Below are positions 54,111 to 64,000 of a stretch of DNA of 64,000 nucleotides, piece by piece; position 1 is the stretch's first letter, and the number at the start of each line of letters is the position of its first letter. The position numbers and the translations under genes are program-made. Origin of the DNA: Tubiluchus corallicola. Lineage: Eukaryota; Animalia; Priapulida. The DNA lies in the NCBI GenBank assembly GCA_030141605.1, contig JAQGDQ010000702.1, positions 45,921 to 109,920 on the forward strand. Reading direction: 5' to 3'. The notes beneath the pieces are model-generated. The model did not search any database and was not told the origin of the DNA. It saw only the letters and a list, made by a program, of their open reading frames with translations.

Positions 54111-54206
54111 CAAGCGGTCGGATCGGGAAACGTCTGCACGAACCACTCGTTGAAAACCGGCTTGAACACGGAGATGAACTTGTTTCGGAAAACATCAAGC
54201 TTCTCT
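54111..54206 (-). CDS. ATR: ATR kinase-domain exon
   Basis: ttgcag|EKLDVFRNKFISVFKPVFNEWFVQTFPDPTAW|gtgagt, phase 2-2. Confidence 0.92.
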
Positions 54207-54751
54207 CTGCAAGAGAAAACCATAAGAGCCTTTAGACAAGCAAGAACTGAATGTAAAAAGGCTAGAAGTGGCACAGTACAGAGGCTCCATCTCTTGGCGA
54301 GGTTTTTAGTGATTCTGAACATACTTGAGTGTGTTAACTAGGCTCTTCTGTTAAATAACACATGATGGTTTGGAGTGTCTATAATTTTGTCGAAAATTGT
54401 GTCGCTATATTTGTGTGGTTTTCCGAGCTTTTGTGCACTGGTGTGGCTCCATCTCTTGGCGAGGTTTGTAATGATTCTGAACTTACTTGAGTGTGATAAC
54501 TAGGTTCTTTTGTTAGATAACACATGAAGGTTTGAAGTGCTTTTAATTTTATCGAAAATATGCAAAAAACCACACTCATATCTCGGTTTGCCGGAGCTCG
54601 CTTTTACGGACATCGGACAAAATCTTGGCTGCTAAAAAGTCTCGTATACTACAGACACGGTTCATTGCTTCACGAGCTGACCATTAGTCAGTGGGCCGTC
54701 ACTTTGTTTACATCATTACGTCAGCGCAGCCAAGCAGCGTGTATTGAAAAC

Positions 54752-55242
54752 TGTGATAAAGTGTGATAAAGATTTAGTAATAAAAGTGTGATAAAGATTT
54801 AGTAGTAAAAGTGTGATCAAGATTTAGTGATAAAAGTGTGATAAGGATTTAGTAATAAAGGTGTGATAAAGATTTGGAAAATAAAAGTGTGCTAAAGATT
54901 TGCTAATAAAAGTGTGATAAAGATTTAGTAACAAAAGTGTGACAAAGATTTAGTAATACAAGTGTGATAAAGATTTAGTAATAAAAGTGTGATAAAGATT
55001 TGGTAATAAGTGTGATAAAGATTTGGTAATAAAAGTGTGATAAAGATTTAGTAATAAAAGTGTGATAAAGATTTAGTAATAAAAGTGTGACAAAGATTTA
55101 GTAATAAAAGTGTGATAAAGATTTGGTAATAAGTGCGATAAAGATTTAGTAATAAAAGTGTGATAAAGATTTAGTAATAAAAGTGTGATAAAGATTTAGT
55201 AATAAAAGTGTGATAAAGATTTAGTAATAAAAGTGTGATAAG
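54752..55242. repeat. 25-bp tandem repeat (gtgtgataaagatttagtaataaaa), ~19 copies
   Basis: Directly visible. Confidence 0.93.
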
Positions 55243-55854
55243 CGACTCATGTAATTTTTAAAATCACTTTAAAGTCCAGATCATTTCACGCATGGGCGCT
55301 CCCAATTTAATTTTCCATACTAGGACGTTTTGAGACAATTAGACGATTGATTCTACATTACCGTGAGTCTAATATGTCAGGAGTGGCCCGTACTAGACGT
55401 TTTGAGACAATTAGGCAACTGATTCTACATTACCGTGAATCTAATACTATTATCGCCTACTGTATCGGTGAATACGGACAATCGGGAAACGGGAAATTCG
55501 GACCGACGCCTCCCCGCTTTTGTCTGGCAAATCGAGATGAGTGTAATAGTATATATAATATGTAATAGTATATGTAAATAGTGTACTATAGTATTAACAA
55601 CTCTGAAACAGATAGTGGTGCCAACTTAACAAATGTGCAAGATGACATAATGAAAAACATGGTACAGTAACACCATTCTGATTACTTACGCAATCCACAG
55701 CATTTTACTAGCCAAACACTAAAAATAGTATCTCGTTTACAATTCTATCAAAAACCTGTTAACAGTTTGACAATGTGCAGTTCGTTGAGACAGACACACA
55801 GCTGAGCTCCACCTAGCGAGTGTGCTTGCCAACCAGAACCGTCCATAAGCAGGA

Positions 55855-56057
55855 ATAAGAATGAGAAATTACAAAAAACTCTAAAACAGGCCGGGGCGTA
55901 GGTCCCCATGGAGATTCGGGGGTGGGGGGGGGGGGGGGTATTGGGGGGGTGTTGGGGGCAAAGCCCCCTTGGAGCCAGCAACAAATTGCAATTTTGTGAC
56001 CACAGAGAGCCTCTAAATGGACTTAAAATATCAATTACCTTGTTTCATGCATAATTT
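55855..56057. repeat. Dispersed repeat, direct copy at ~48683-48842
   Basis: caaagccccccttggagccagcaacaaattgcaattttgtgacca...ggacttaaaatatca is shared. Confidence 0.8.
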
Positions 56058-56252
56058 GCATAGGGTCATTTTATGCAAATTTTAGGGTCATTCTACATTG
56101 AAGCATCATAACGTAGTTTTAACCATGCCGACTTATGGACAGTTTTGGTATGCAAGCACACATACACATAAGCTTGCATAGGGACATTTTACGCAAATTT
56201 TTGGGTTATTCTACTTTTACGCATCTTAACGTAAATATTCTTTGGTACGCAC

Positions 56253-56410
56253 TCAATTTTAGCATCTTTCGGCGGCATGATCGACTGTATCTCGCGAGCG
56301 CCCATCCCGGTGTTCTTGTTCTTGTACAGTTTAAGAAGAATGTGGCGTAAAGCTTGAGTGTTGTTAACCCATTCCAGTATTCCACATTCTTCGTTCAGAG
56401 GTATCACAGA
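56253..56410 (-). CDS. ATR: ATR kinase-domain exon
   Basis: tttcag|SVIPLNEECGILEWVNNTQALRHILLKLYK...PPKDAKIE|gtgcgt. Confidence 0.93.
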
Positions 56411-56549
56411 CTGAAACAGATGAGAAATCAAAATAAAAAAACACGAAGAGCTAAAGTGGAGACGAAAGAGGAATTGCAAAGCAAGAAAATGTACAAATAA
56501 AAATAAAAAAAGCAAGTCGCACAAAGCCAGAAAGTAAACAAAAAACAAA

Positions 56550-57318
56550 ATGTGAGAAAGGTTTACTAATAAAATACTCTAAGCGGCTTGTGTAATTTAA
56601 AAAATCGTTTCACGCTTGGGTGCTGCCATTTTGAACGCCCATTCTTCCACCAATGATGTCATTCTTCCACCAATGACGTCATTCATCAAAATTTAAAAAA
56701 ATCATTTCACGTTTGGGTGCTGCCATTTTGAACGCCCATTCTTCCACCAATGACGTCATTCTTCCACCAATGACGTCATTCATCAAAATTTAAAAAAATC
56801 ATTTCACGTTTGGGTGCTGCCATTTTGAACGCCCATTCTTCCACCAATGACGTCATTCTTCCACCAGTGACGTCATTCATCAGAATTTAAAAAAACATTT
56901 CACGCTTGGGTGCTGCCATTTGAACGCAAGTTCTTCCACCAATGACGTCATTCTTCCACTAATGACGTCATTCATCAGAATTAAAAAAAAATCATTTCAC
57001 GTTTGGGTGCTGCCATTTTGAACGCCCATTCTTCCACCAATGATGTCATTCATCCACCAATGGCGTCATTCATCAGCCGAAGAAAAGCAGCGCGCTGCAA
57101 ATTTCGGGCAAAAGTACGGTAAGCTTTTGCAAAAAATTAGATAGGTAACTTTGTGATATTTTTGCACGGACGTTAGTTGAGCTGCCGAAGTTTGAGTTAG
57201 TTTAAATAAACGGTTCAAAATGGAAGCACCCAAGAGTGAAATGATTGTGACTTTGGAGTGATTTTACTAACTACACGAAGCGCTTATATCACACTTTCAT
57301 TACTAAATCTTTCTAACA
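56550..57318. mobile_element. Non-autonomous element with long imperfect TIRs and five internal ~97-bp tandem units
   Basis: The left end (...tttcacgcttgggtgctgccattttgaac) mirrors 57211-57318 (ggttcaaaatggaagcacccaagagtgaaatgatt...). Units start at 56604, 56701, 56798, 56895 and 56991. A related copy lies at ~12575-12790. Confidence 0.6.
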
Positions 57319-57424
57319 TTTTTTGCAAAATTGAAGCAAACCTAACTTCCCAGGATGCTTGGCCATTTCTTCAAAACAGCGTGCATTAAACAGTCATTTC
57401 ATTTATTGAACGGTACAAACACAA

Positions 57425-57906
57425 AAGCCCCAAAATCAGTTTTCTACAAAAATGGGAAGCTTTCTCCTACATATGTGCGTATGTACAGCTAAAGGCCGCA
57501 AAATCAATTTTGTACAAAAAAGGGAAGGTTCCTCTTACATGTGTGCGTATGTACAGCTGACAGCGCAAAATCAGTTTTGTACAAAAAAGGGAAGGTGCCT
57601 CCTACGTGTGTGCGTATGTACAGCTAAAGGCCACAAAATCAGTTTTTTACAACAAAGGGAAGGTTCCTCTTACATGTGTGCGTATGTAAAGCTGACGGCC
57701 CCTAAATCAGTTTCGTACGAAAAGGGAAGGTTCCTCTTAAGTATGTGCGTATGTAAAGCTGACGGCCCCAAAATCAGTTTTGTACTAAAAAAAGGCGAGG
57801 GTTCATCTTAAGTATGTGCGTATGTAAAGCTGACGGCACCAAAAACAATTTTGTACAAAAAAAGGGAAGGTTCCTCTCTTACGTATGTGCGTATGTAAAG
57901 CTGACG
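57425..57906 (-). repeat. ~68-bp tandem repeat x7 made of an ATR exon 3' end plus donor site
   Basis: Minus-strand unit cgtcagctttacatacgcacatac|gtaagagaggaaccttcccttttttgtacaaaa... Confidence 0.9.
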
Positions 57907-58107
57907 ACGCCTAGACTCCGGGTCTTTCTGCAGGTATCTGTTCACGAGAGCGTTGAACTCCATCAAGCGGCAGTCCTTGCGCAAGTCGTCCTTCGGTTTG
58001 CATAGCATCACGTAACGGCAGCCATTGCTGCCTCGCAACGTGATCTTCTTCGGACGCTGCAACGAGTTCAGAACTTCGACCGTGTCGTCAAAACCGGATA
58101 TGTAAAC
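57883..58107 (-). CDS. ATR: ATR exon (kinase N-lobe)
   Basis: gcccag|VYISGFDDTVEVLNSLQRPKKITLRGSNGCRYVMLCKPKDDLRKDCRLMEFNALVNRYLQKDPESRRRQLYIRTY|gtaaga. Confidence 0.95.
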
Positions 58108-58166
58108 CTGGGCAAAATAAATTACAATTAATTATTAATAATAATTATTATTATTATTAATTATTA

Positions 58167-58979
58167 TCTATACTCTTATATTAATATTCTTGGTATCTTT
58201 ATTTATTTATATATATATATATAAGATTCGAGGCTACAGCCCGGACGAGGGCACCATTTGCGGCGATCTATATATCAAACGAAAGGTCTCGATCTAGTGT
58301 CTTCTCATTGATGGTTTATTTTTCGAATCGGGCCCACCGGGAGGAACGGGGGGCGAAAAACCCCCCAAAATGGCCCTTTTTCGGCCGTTTTTTGCAAAAG
58401 TTATACGGTTGAGATGTAGAGAACGGGAACGGGCCGAGGGGGGTACTGGGTATGGATAGATAGCCCATTCAGCGGTGGGTGTAGTAGGCATATTTAGAAT
58501 TCGCGAGAGGGCCAGGGCGCCCCGCAACGGGCGTTTTCCCGGACCCAACTCGCGATTTTTTCGAAATTTTGACCAAACAGCATGCGGGAAAAACGTTCTA
58601 GCGTCGCCCGGTGGGACTCTAGGAAGGAGATATATAGCTCATCAGAAAGAGGAAGGACAGGGCTACACGATGATGTGGGCTATATGTTAGGGCAGGTCCA
58701 CCGAGAGGAGTATCAATGAGTTAATTACGTGTTTTATTTTCGGCAATTTTCGCTTAGAAAACTGTCCTAATGCATTCCATTGTGCTGACGTCATCCATTG
58801 TACTTTATAACTTTAATTCAGCAAAAAGCTGCTCTGCGTTAGATAAACAGACATACTGTCACATACAGTAGGCAAGATGTTACGGGCTTTGTGTTATACA
58901 TGAGGACTAGGTAGGATGTTCGCGTATTATTGATTACACGTGGTTTTTTACGCAAAATCTTTTGCGGGGCCTTTGCTAA
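58167..58979 (+). mobile_element. Non-autonomous Helitron-like element (mirror copy 62576-63395, minus strand)
   Basis: A|TC 5' end; hairpin cgcaaaa-tc-ttttgcg 9 nt before CTAA|T (CTAG|T in the mirror copy); GC-rich interior in AT-rich flanks; no TSD. Confidence 0.55.
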
Positions 58980-59089
58980 TTAATAATTATTATTATTATA
59001 ACATTGGTTAGATCAGATCGTTACGGATTATAAATACCAAGTTAGATTAAATTGTCCGTTACAGGTTAATTCAGATCATTAATTACTAA

Positions 59090-59400
59090 GCAGATCAGAC
59101 TAAGGTCGCTGGTTCAACTCCTGGCCGAGTCATACCAAAAACTTGAAAAATGGTACAGCTGGTTCTTTGATCAAGCAAACGGGTTTGTCAAAGTAACATG
59201 CTGGTAATAATAATAGGGACCACCTTGGAAATAAGTAACGAGTTATTCAAGGTGTTATCCTTGGACTGCGTCCTAAATCATTGTCATCGTCGTCATCGTC
59301 ATTATTATTATTATCATTATCATGATCATGATCATGATCATGATCATTATCATTATCATTATCATTATCATTATCATTGTCACTGTTACTGTTATTATTA
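59090..59400 (+). mobile_element. tRNA-derived SINE-like element with (CATTAT)n tail (mirror copy ~62165-62465)
   Basis: B-box ggttcaactcc followed by ggccgagtcataccaaaaacttgaaaaatggtac and a simple-repeat tail; A-box not recognisable. Confidence 0.5.
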
Positions 59401-59596
59401 TTATTAATATTATTACTATTGTTGTTATTATTATTAATTATTGGTTACTGGCAAACTGAGATACGAGTGTAATGATGTTTCCCTCAATGTCTAGTTTTGC
59501 TGGAACACATTAGTGTTGTTCAATGATGACCTTCTACACATTAATGAATAGTTAGCAACGTGTATTATTAAAAACCCTTCTATAGTCGATGCCTAC

Positions 59597-59690
59597 CATT
59601 TCTTTAGAGAATGGATCGTGGTCGAAGTGCATCCCGGGATTACTGGGCAGCGTTGTCGTCATCAAACTCTGCAGGGGGATCATTATTTGA
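59597..59690 (-). CDS. ATR: ATR exon immediately upstream of the kinase domain (most 5' ATR exon visible)
   Basis: tttcag|(S)QIMIPLQSLMTTTLPSNPGMHFDHDPFSKEM|gtaggc; matches ATR 'SEILIPLQSVMIPTLPS...HEPF'. Not in the ORF track. Confidence 0.88.
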
Positions 59691-59833
59691 CTGAAATTCC
59701 TAAAAATAACATCTATGGTTTACAGTGACGAATGTAAATGTTATAATGGTCATACTCAGCCGGTCTGCCCAGCCCAGTTCTACTCTAACCTTGACCAATA
59801 GCCTTGTAATCACGTAGAGGAAAACAGGACGAT

Positions 59834-61597
59834 TGTGAATAACTAGAAAAGCTTAGATTCAGAATATGTGAATAACTGGAGAAGCTTAGATTCAGAATAT
59901 GTGAATAACTAGAAAAGCTTAGATTCAGAATATGTGAATAACTGGAGAAGCTTAGATTCAGAATATGTGAATAACTAGAAAAGCTTGGATTCAGAATATG
60001 TGAATAACTAAAAAAGCTTAGATTCGGGATATGTGAATAACTAGAAAAGCTTAGATTCAGGATATGTGAATAACTAGAAAAGCTTAGATTCAGGATATGT
60101 GAATAACTAGAAAAGCTTAGATTCAGGAAATGTGAATAACTAGAAAAGCTTGGATTCAGGATATGTTAATAACTAGAAAAGTTTAGATTCAGGATATGTG
60201 AATAACTAGAAAAGCTTAGATTCAGGATATGTGAATAACTAGAAAAGCTTAGATTCAGGATATGTGAATTACTAGAAGAGCTTAGATTCAGGATATGTGA
60301 ATTACTAGAAAAGCTTAGATTCGGGATATGTGAATAACTAGAAAAGCTTAGATTCAGGATATGTGAATAACTAGAAAAGCTTAGATTCAGGATATGTGAA
60401 TAACTAGAAAAGCTTAGATTCAGGATATGTGAATAACTAGAAAAGCTTAGATTCAGGATATGTGAATAACTAGAAAAGCTTAGATTCAGGATATGTGAAT
60501 AACTAAAAAAGCTTAGATTTGGGAAATGTGAATAACTAGAAGAGCTTAGATTCAGGATATGTGAATAACTAGCAAAGCATAGATTCGGGATATGTGAATA
60601 ACTAGAAGAGCTTAGATTCAGGATATGTGAATAACTAGAAAAGCTTAGACTCAGGATATGTGAATAACTAGAAGAGGTTAGATTCAAGATATGTGAATAA
60701 CTAGAAGAGCTTAGAGGATATGTGAATTACTAGAAAAGCATAGATTCAGGATATGTGAATAACTAGAAAAGCATAGATTCAGGATATGTGAATAACTAGA
60801 AAAGCTTAGATTCAGGAAATGTGAATAACTAGAAAAGCTTAGATTCAGGATATGTGAATAACTAGAAAAGCTTAGATTCAGGATATGTGAATAACTAGAA
60901 AAGCTTAGATTCAGGATATGTGAATAACTAAAAAAGCTTAGATTCAGGAAATGTGAATAACTAGAAGAGCTTAGATTCAGCATATGTGAATAACTAGAAA
61001 AACTTAGATTCAGGATATGTGAATAACTAGAAAAGCATAGATTCAGGATATGTGAATTACTAGAAAAGCTTAGATTCAGGATGTGAATAACTAGAAAAGC
61101 TTAGATTCAGGATATGTGAATAACTAGAAAAGCTTAGATTCAGGATATGTGAATAACTAGAAAAGCTTAGATTCAGGATATGTGAATAACTAGAAAAGCT
61201 TAGATTCAGGATATGTGAATAACTAGAAAAGCTTAGATTCAGGATATGTGAATAACTAGAAAAGCTTAGATTCAGGATATGTGAATTACTAGAAAAGCTT
61301 AGATTCAGGATATGTGAATTACTAGAAAAGCTTAGATTCAGGATATGTGAATAACTAGAAAAGCTTAGATTCAGGATATGTGAATTACTAGAAAAGCTTA
61401 GACTCAGGATATGTGAATAACTAGAAGAGCTTAGATTCAAGATATGTGAATAACTAGAAGAGCTTAGATTCAGGATATGTGAATTACTAGAAAAGCTTAG
61501 ATTCAGGATATGTGAATTACTAGAAAAGCATAGATTCAGGATATGTGAATAACTAGAAAAGCTTAGATTCGGGATATGTGAATAGCTAGAGAAGTTT
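59834..61597. repeat. 33-bp satellite (gaataactagaaaagcttagattcaggatatgt), ~53 copies in one orientation
   Basis: Directly visible; gives the 11-aa periodic ORFs in the track. Confidence 0.97.
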
Positions 61598-61875
61598 AAT
61601 TGCCATTTTAATGAACATTTTTGCCACGCAAACACACATTTATCTCCACAAAGTTCAAAAGCATATGGTTTTCGTGTGTTAAACGCAAATTCAAACAACA
61701 AAAATTCAAAATTAACTAGAATTTAACACGTATTTAACACGAATTTAACACGTATCGATACCTGTCTTCGGTCAAGGTTAGAGTAGAACTGGGCTGGGCA
61801 GACCGGCTGAGTATGACCATTATAACATTTACATTCGTCACTGTAAACCATAGATGTTATTTTTAGGAATTTCAG

Positions 61876-61969
61876 TCAGATAATGATCCCCCTGCAGAGT
61901 TTGATGACGACAACGCTGCCCAGTAATCCCGGGATGCACTTCGACCACGACCCATTCTCTAAAGAAATG
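61876..61969 (+). CDS. ATR: Inverted duplicate of ATR exon 59597-59690
   Basis: Same peptide and intact splice sites; two synonymous differences (CAA/CAG, GAT/GAC). Confidence 0.75.
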
Positions 61970-63454
61970 GTAGGCATCGACTGCAGAACGGTTTTTAATA
62001 ATACACGTTGCTAAGTATTCATTAATGTGTAGAAGGTCATCAATGAACAACACTAATGCGTTCCAACAAAACTAGACCTTGAGGGAAACATCATCACACT
62101 CGTATCTCAGTTTGCCAGTAACCAATAATTAATAATAATAACAACAATAGTAATAATATTAATAATAATAATAACAGTAACAGTGACAATGACAATGACA
62201 ATGACAATGACAATGACAATGACAATGACAATGACAATGATAATGATAATAATGACGATGACGACGATGACAATGATTTAGGACGCAGTCCAAGGATAAC
62301 ACCTTGAATAACTCGTTACTTATTTCCAAGGTGGTCCCTATTATTATTACCAGCATGTTACTTTGACAAACCCGTTTGCTTGATCAAAGAACCAGCTGTA
62401 CCATTTTTCAAGTTTTTGGTATGACTCGGCCAGGAGTTGAACCAGCGACCTTAGTCTGATCTGCTTAGTAATTAATGATCTGAATTAACCTGTAACGGAC
62501 AATTTAATCTAACTTGGTATTTATAATCCGTAACGATCTGATCTAACCAATGTTATAATAATAATAATTAATTAACTAGCAAAGGCCCCGCAAAAGATTT
62601 TGCGTAAAAAACCACGTGTAATCAATAATACGCGAACATCCTACCTAGTCCTCATGTATAACACAAAGCCCGTAACATCTTGCCTACTGTATGTGACAGT
62701 ATGTCTGTTTATCTAACGCAGAGCAGCTTTTTGCTGAATTAAAGTTATAAAGTACAATGGATGACGTCAGCACAATGGAATGCATTAGGACAGTTTTCTA
62801 AGCGAAAATTGCCGAAAATAAAACACGTAATTAACTCATTGATACTCCTCTCGGTGGACCTGCCCTAACATATAGCCCACATCATCGTGTAGCCCTGTCC
62901 TTCCTCTTTCTGATGAGCTATATATCTCCTTCCTAGAGTCCCACCGGGCGACGCTAGAACGTTTTTCCCGCATGCTGTTTGGTCAAAATTTCGAAAAAAT
63001 CGCGAGTTGGGTCCGGGAAAACGCCCGTTGCGGGGCGCCCTGGCCCTCTCGCGAATTCTAAATATGCCTACTACACCCACCGCTGAACGGGCTATCTATC
63101 CATACCCAGTACCCCCCTCGGCCCGTTCCCGTTCTCTACATCTCAACCGTATAACTTTTGCAAAAAACGGCGGAAAAAGGGCCATTTTGGGGGGTTTTTC
63201 GCCCCCCGTTCCTCCCGGTGGGCCCGATTCGAAAAATAAACCATCAATGAGAAGACACTAGATCGAGACCTTTCGTTTGATATATAGATCGCCGCAAATG
63301 GTGCCCTCGTCCGGGCTGTAGCCTCGAATCTTATATATATATATATAAATAAATAAATTAAGCCCATACCAAGAATATTAATATAAGAGTATAGATAATA
63401 ATTAATAATAATAATAATTATTATTAATAATTAATTGTAATTTATTTTGCCCAG

Positions 63455-63679
63455 GTTTACATATCCGGTTTTGACGACACGGTCGAAGTTCTGAACTCGT
63501 TGCAGCGTCCGAAGAAGATCACGTTGCGAGGCAGCAATGGCTGCCGTTACGTGATGCTATGCAAACCGAAGGACGACTTGCGCAAGGACTGCCGCTTGAT
63601 GGAGTTCAACGCTCTCGTGAACAGATACCTGCAGAAAGACCCGGAGTCTAGGCGTCGTCAGCTTTACATACGCACATAC
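63455..63679 (+). CDS. ATR: Inverted duplicate of ATR exon 57883-58107
   Basis: Identical translation, gcccag|...|gtaaga; followed by the mirrored donor-site tandem array. Confidence 0.75.
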
Positions 63680-64000
63680 GTAAGAGAGGAACCTTCCCTT
63701 TTTTTGTACAAAATTGTTTTTGGTGCCGTCAGCTTTACATACGCACATACTTAAGATGAACCCTCGCCTTTTTTTAGTACAAAACTGATTTTGGGGCCGT
63801 CAGCTTTACATACGCACATACTTAAGAGGAACCTTCCCTTTTTGTACGAAACTGATTTAGGGGCCGTCAGCTTTACATACGCACACATGTAAGAGGAACC
63901 TTCCCTTTGTTGTAAAAAACTGATTTTGTGGCCTTTAGCTGTACATACGCACACACGTAGGAGGCACCTTCCCTTTTTTGTACAAAACTGATTTTGCGCT

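Larger units (their letters stand above)
57562..59796. repeat. Left arm of large inverted duplication (as far as it can be matched within the window)
   Basis: Near-identical reverse complement of 61770-64000. Confidence 0.97.
61770..64000. repeat. Right arm of large inverted duplication (runs off the window)
   Basis: Reverse complement of 57562-59796. Confidence 0.97.

Noticed and set aside
58294-58690. GC-rich 71-84 aa ORFs (mirrored at 62865-63261)
   Set aside because: They lie inside a Helitron-like intronic insertion and show no recognisable domain.
60166-61701. SYSHILNLSFS repeat proteins
   Set aside because: Translation of the 33-bp satellite, interrupted by frameshifts and stops.

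Overview
This is eukaryotic (invertebrate-animal-like) genomic DNA: AT-rich, dense in microsatellites and transposons, with spliceosomal introns. From left to right it contains the following. (1) Five + strand exons (695-5978) of a natriuretic-peptide-receptor / receptor-guanylyl-cyclase-type ectodomain plus its transmembrane helix; I could recognise no cytoplasmic exons. (2) An apparently intact two-ORF LINE (6229-10855) inserted in a (CT)n tract directly after the TM exon. (3) About 28 kb of microsatellites, MITEs and LINE 3' fragments, with a tRNA-Lys(TTT) gene bracketed by ~570-bp inverted repeats. (4) A head-to-head pair of genes with intronless CDSs: PSMD13 (-) and a probably mitochondrial valyl-tRNA synthetase (+). 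(5) Nine - strand exons encoding the C-terminal kinase/FATC part of ATR (59690 down to 48425). The ATR locus is the most unusual part. Its stop-codon region and one exon/donor junction are each amplified into tandem arrays. Where upstream ATR exons are expected, the sequence folds back into a >=2.2-kb inverted duplication around a 33-bp satellite. All calls and coordinates were read by eye; repeat boundaries are approximate and family assignments were not database-checked.
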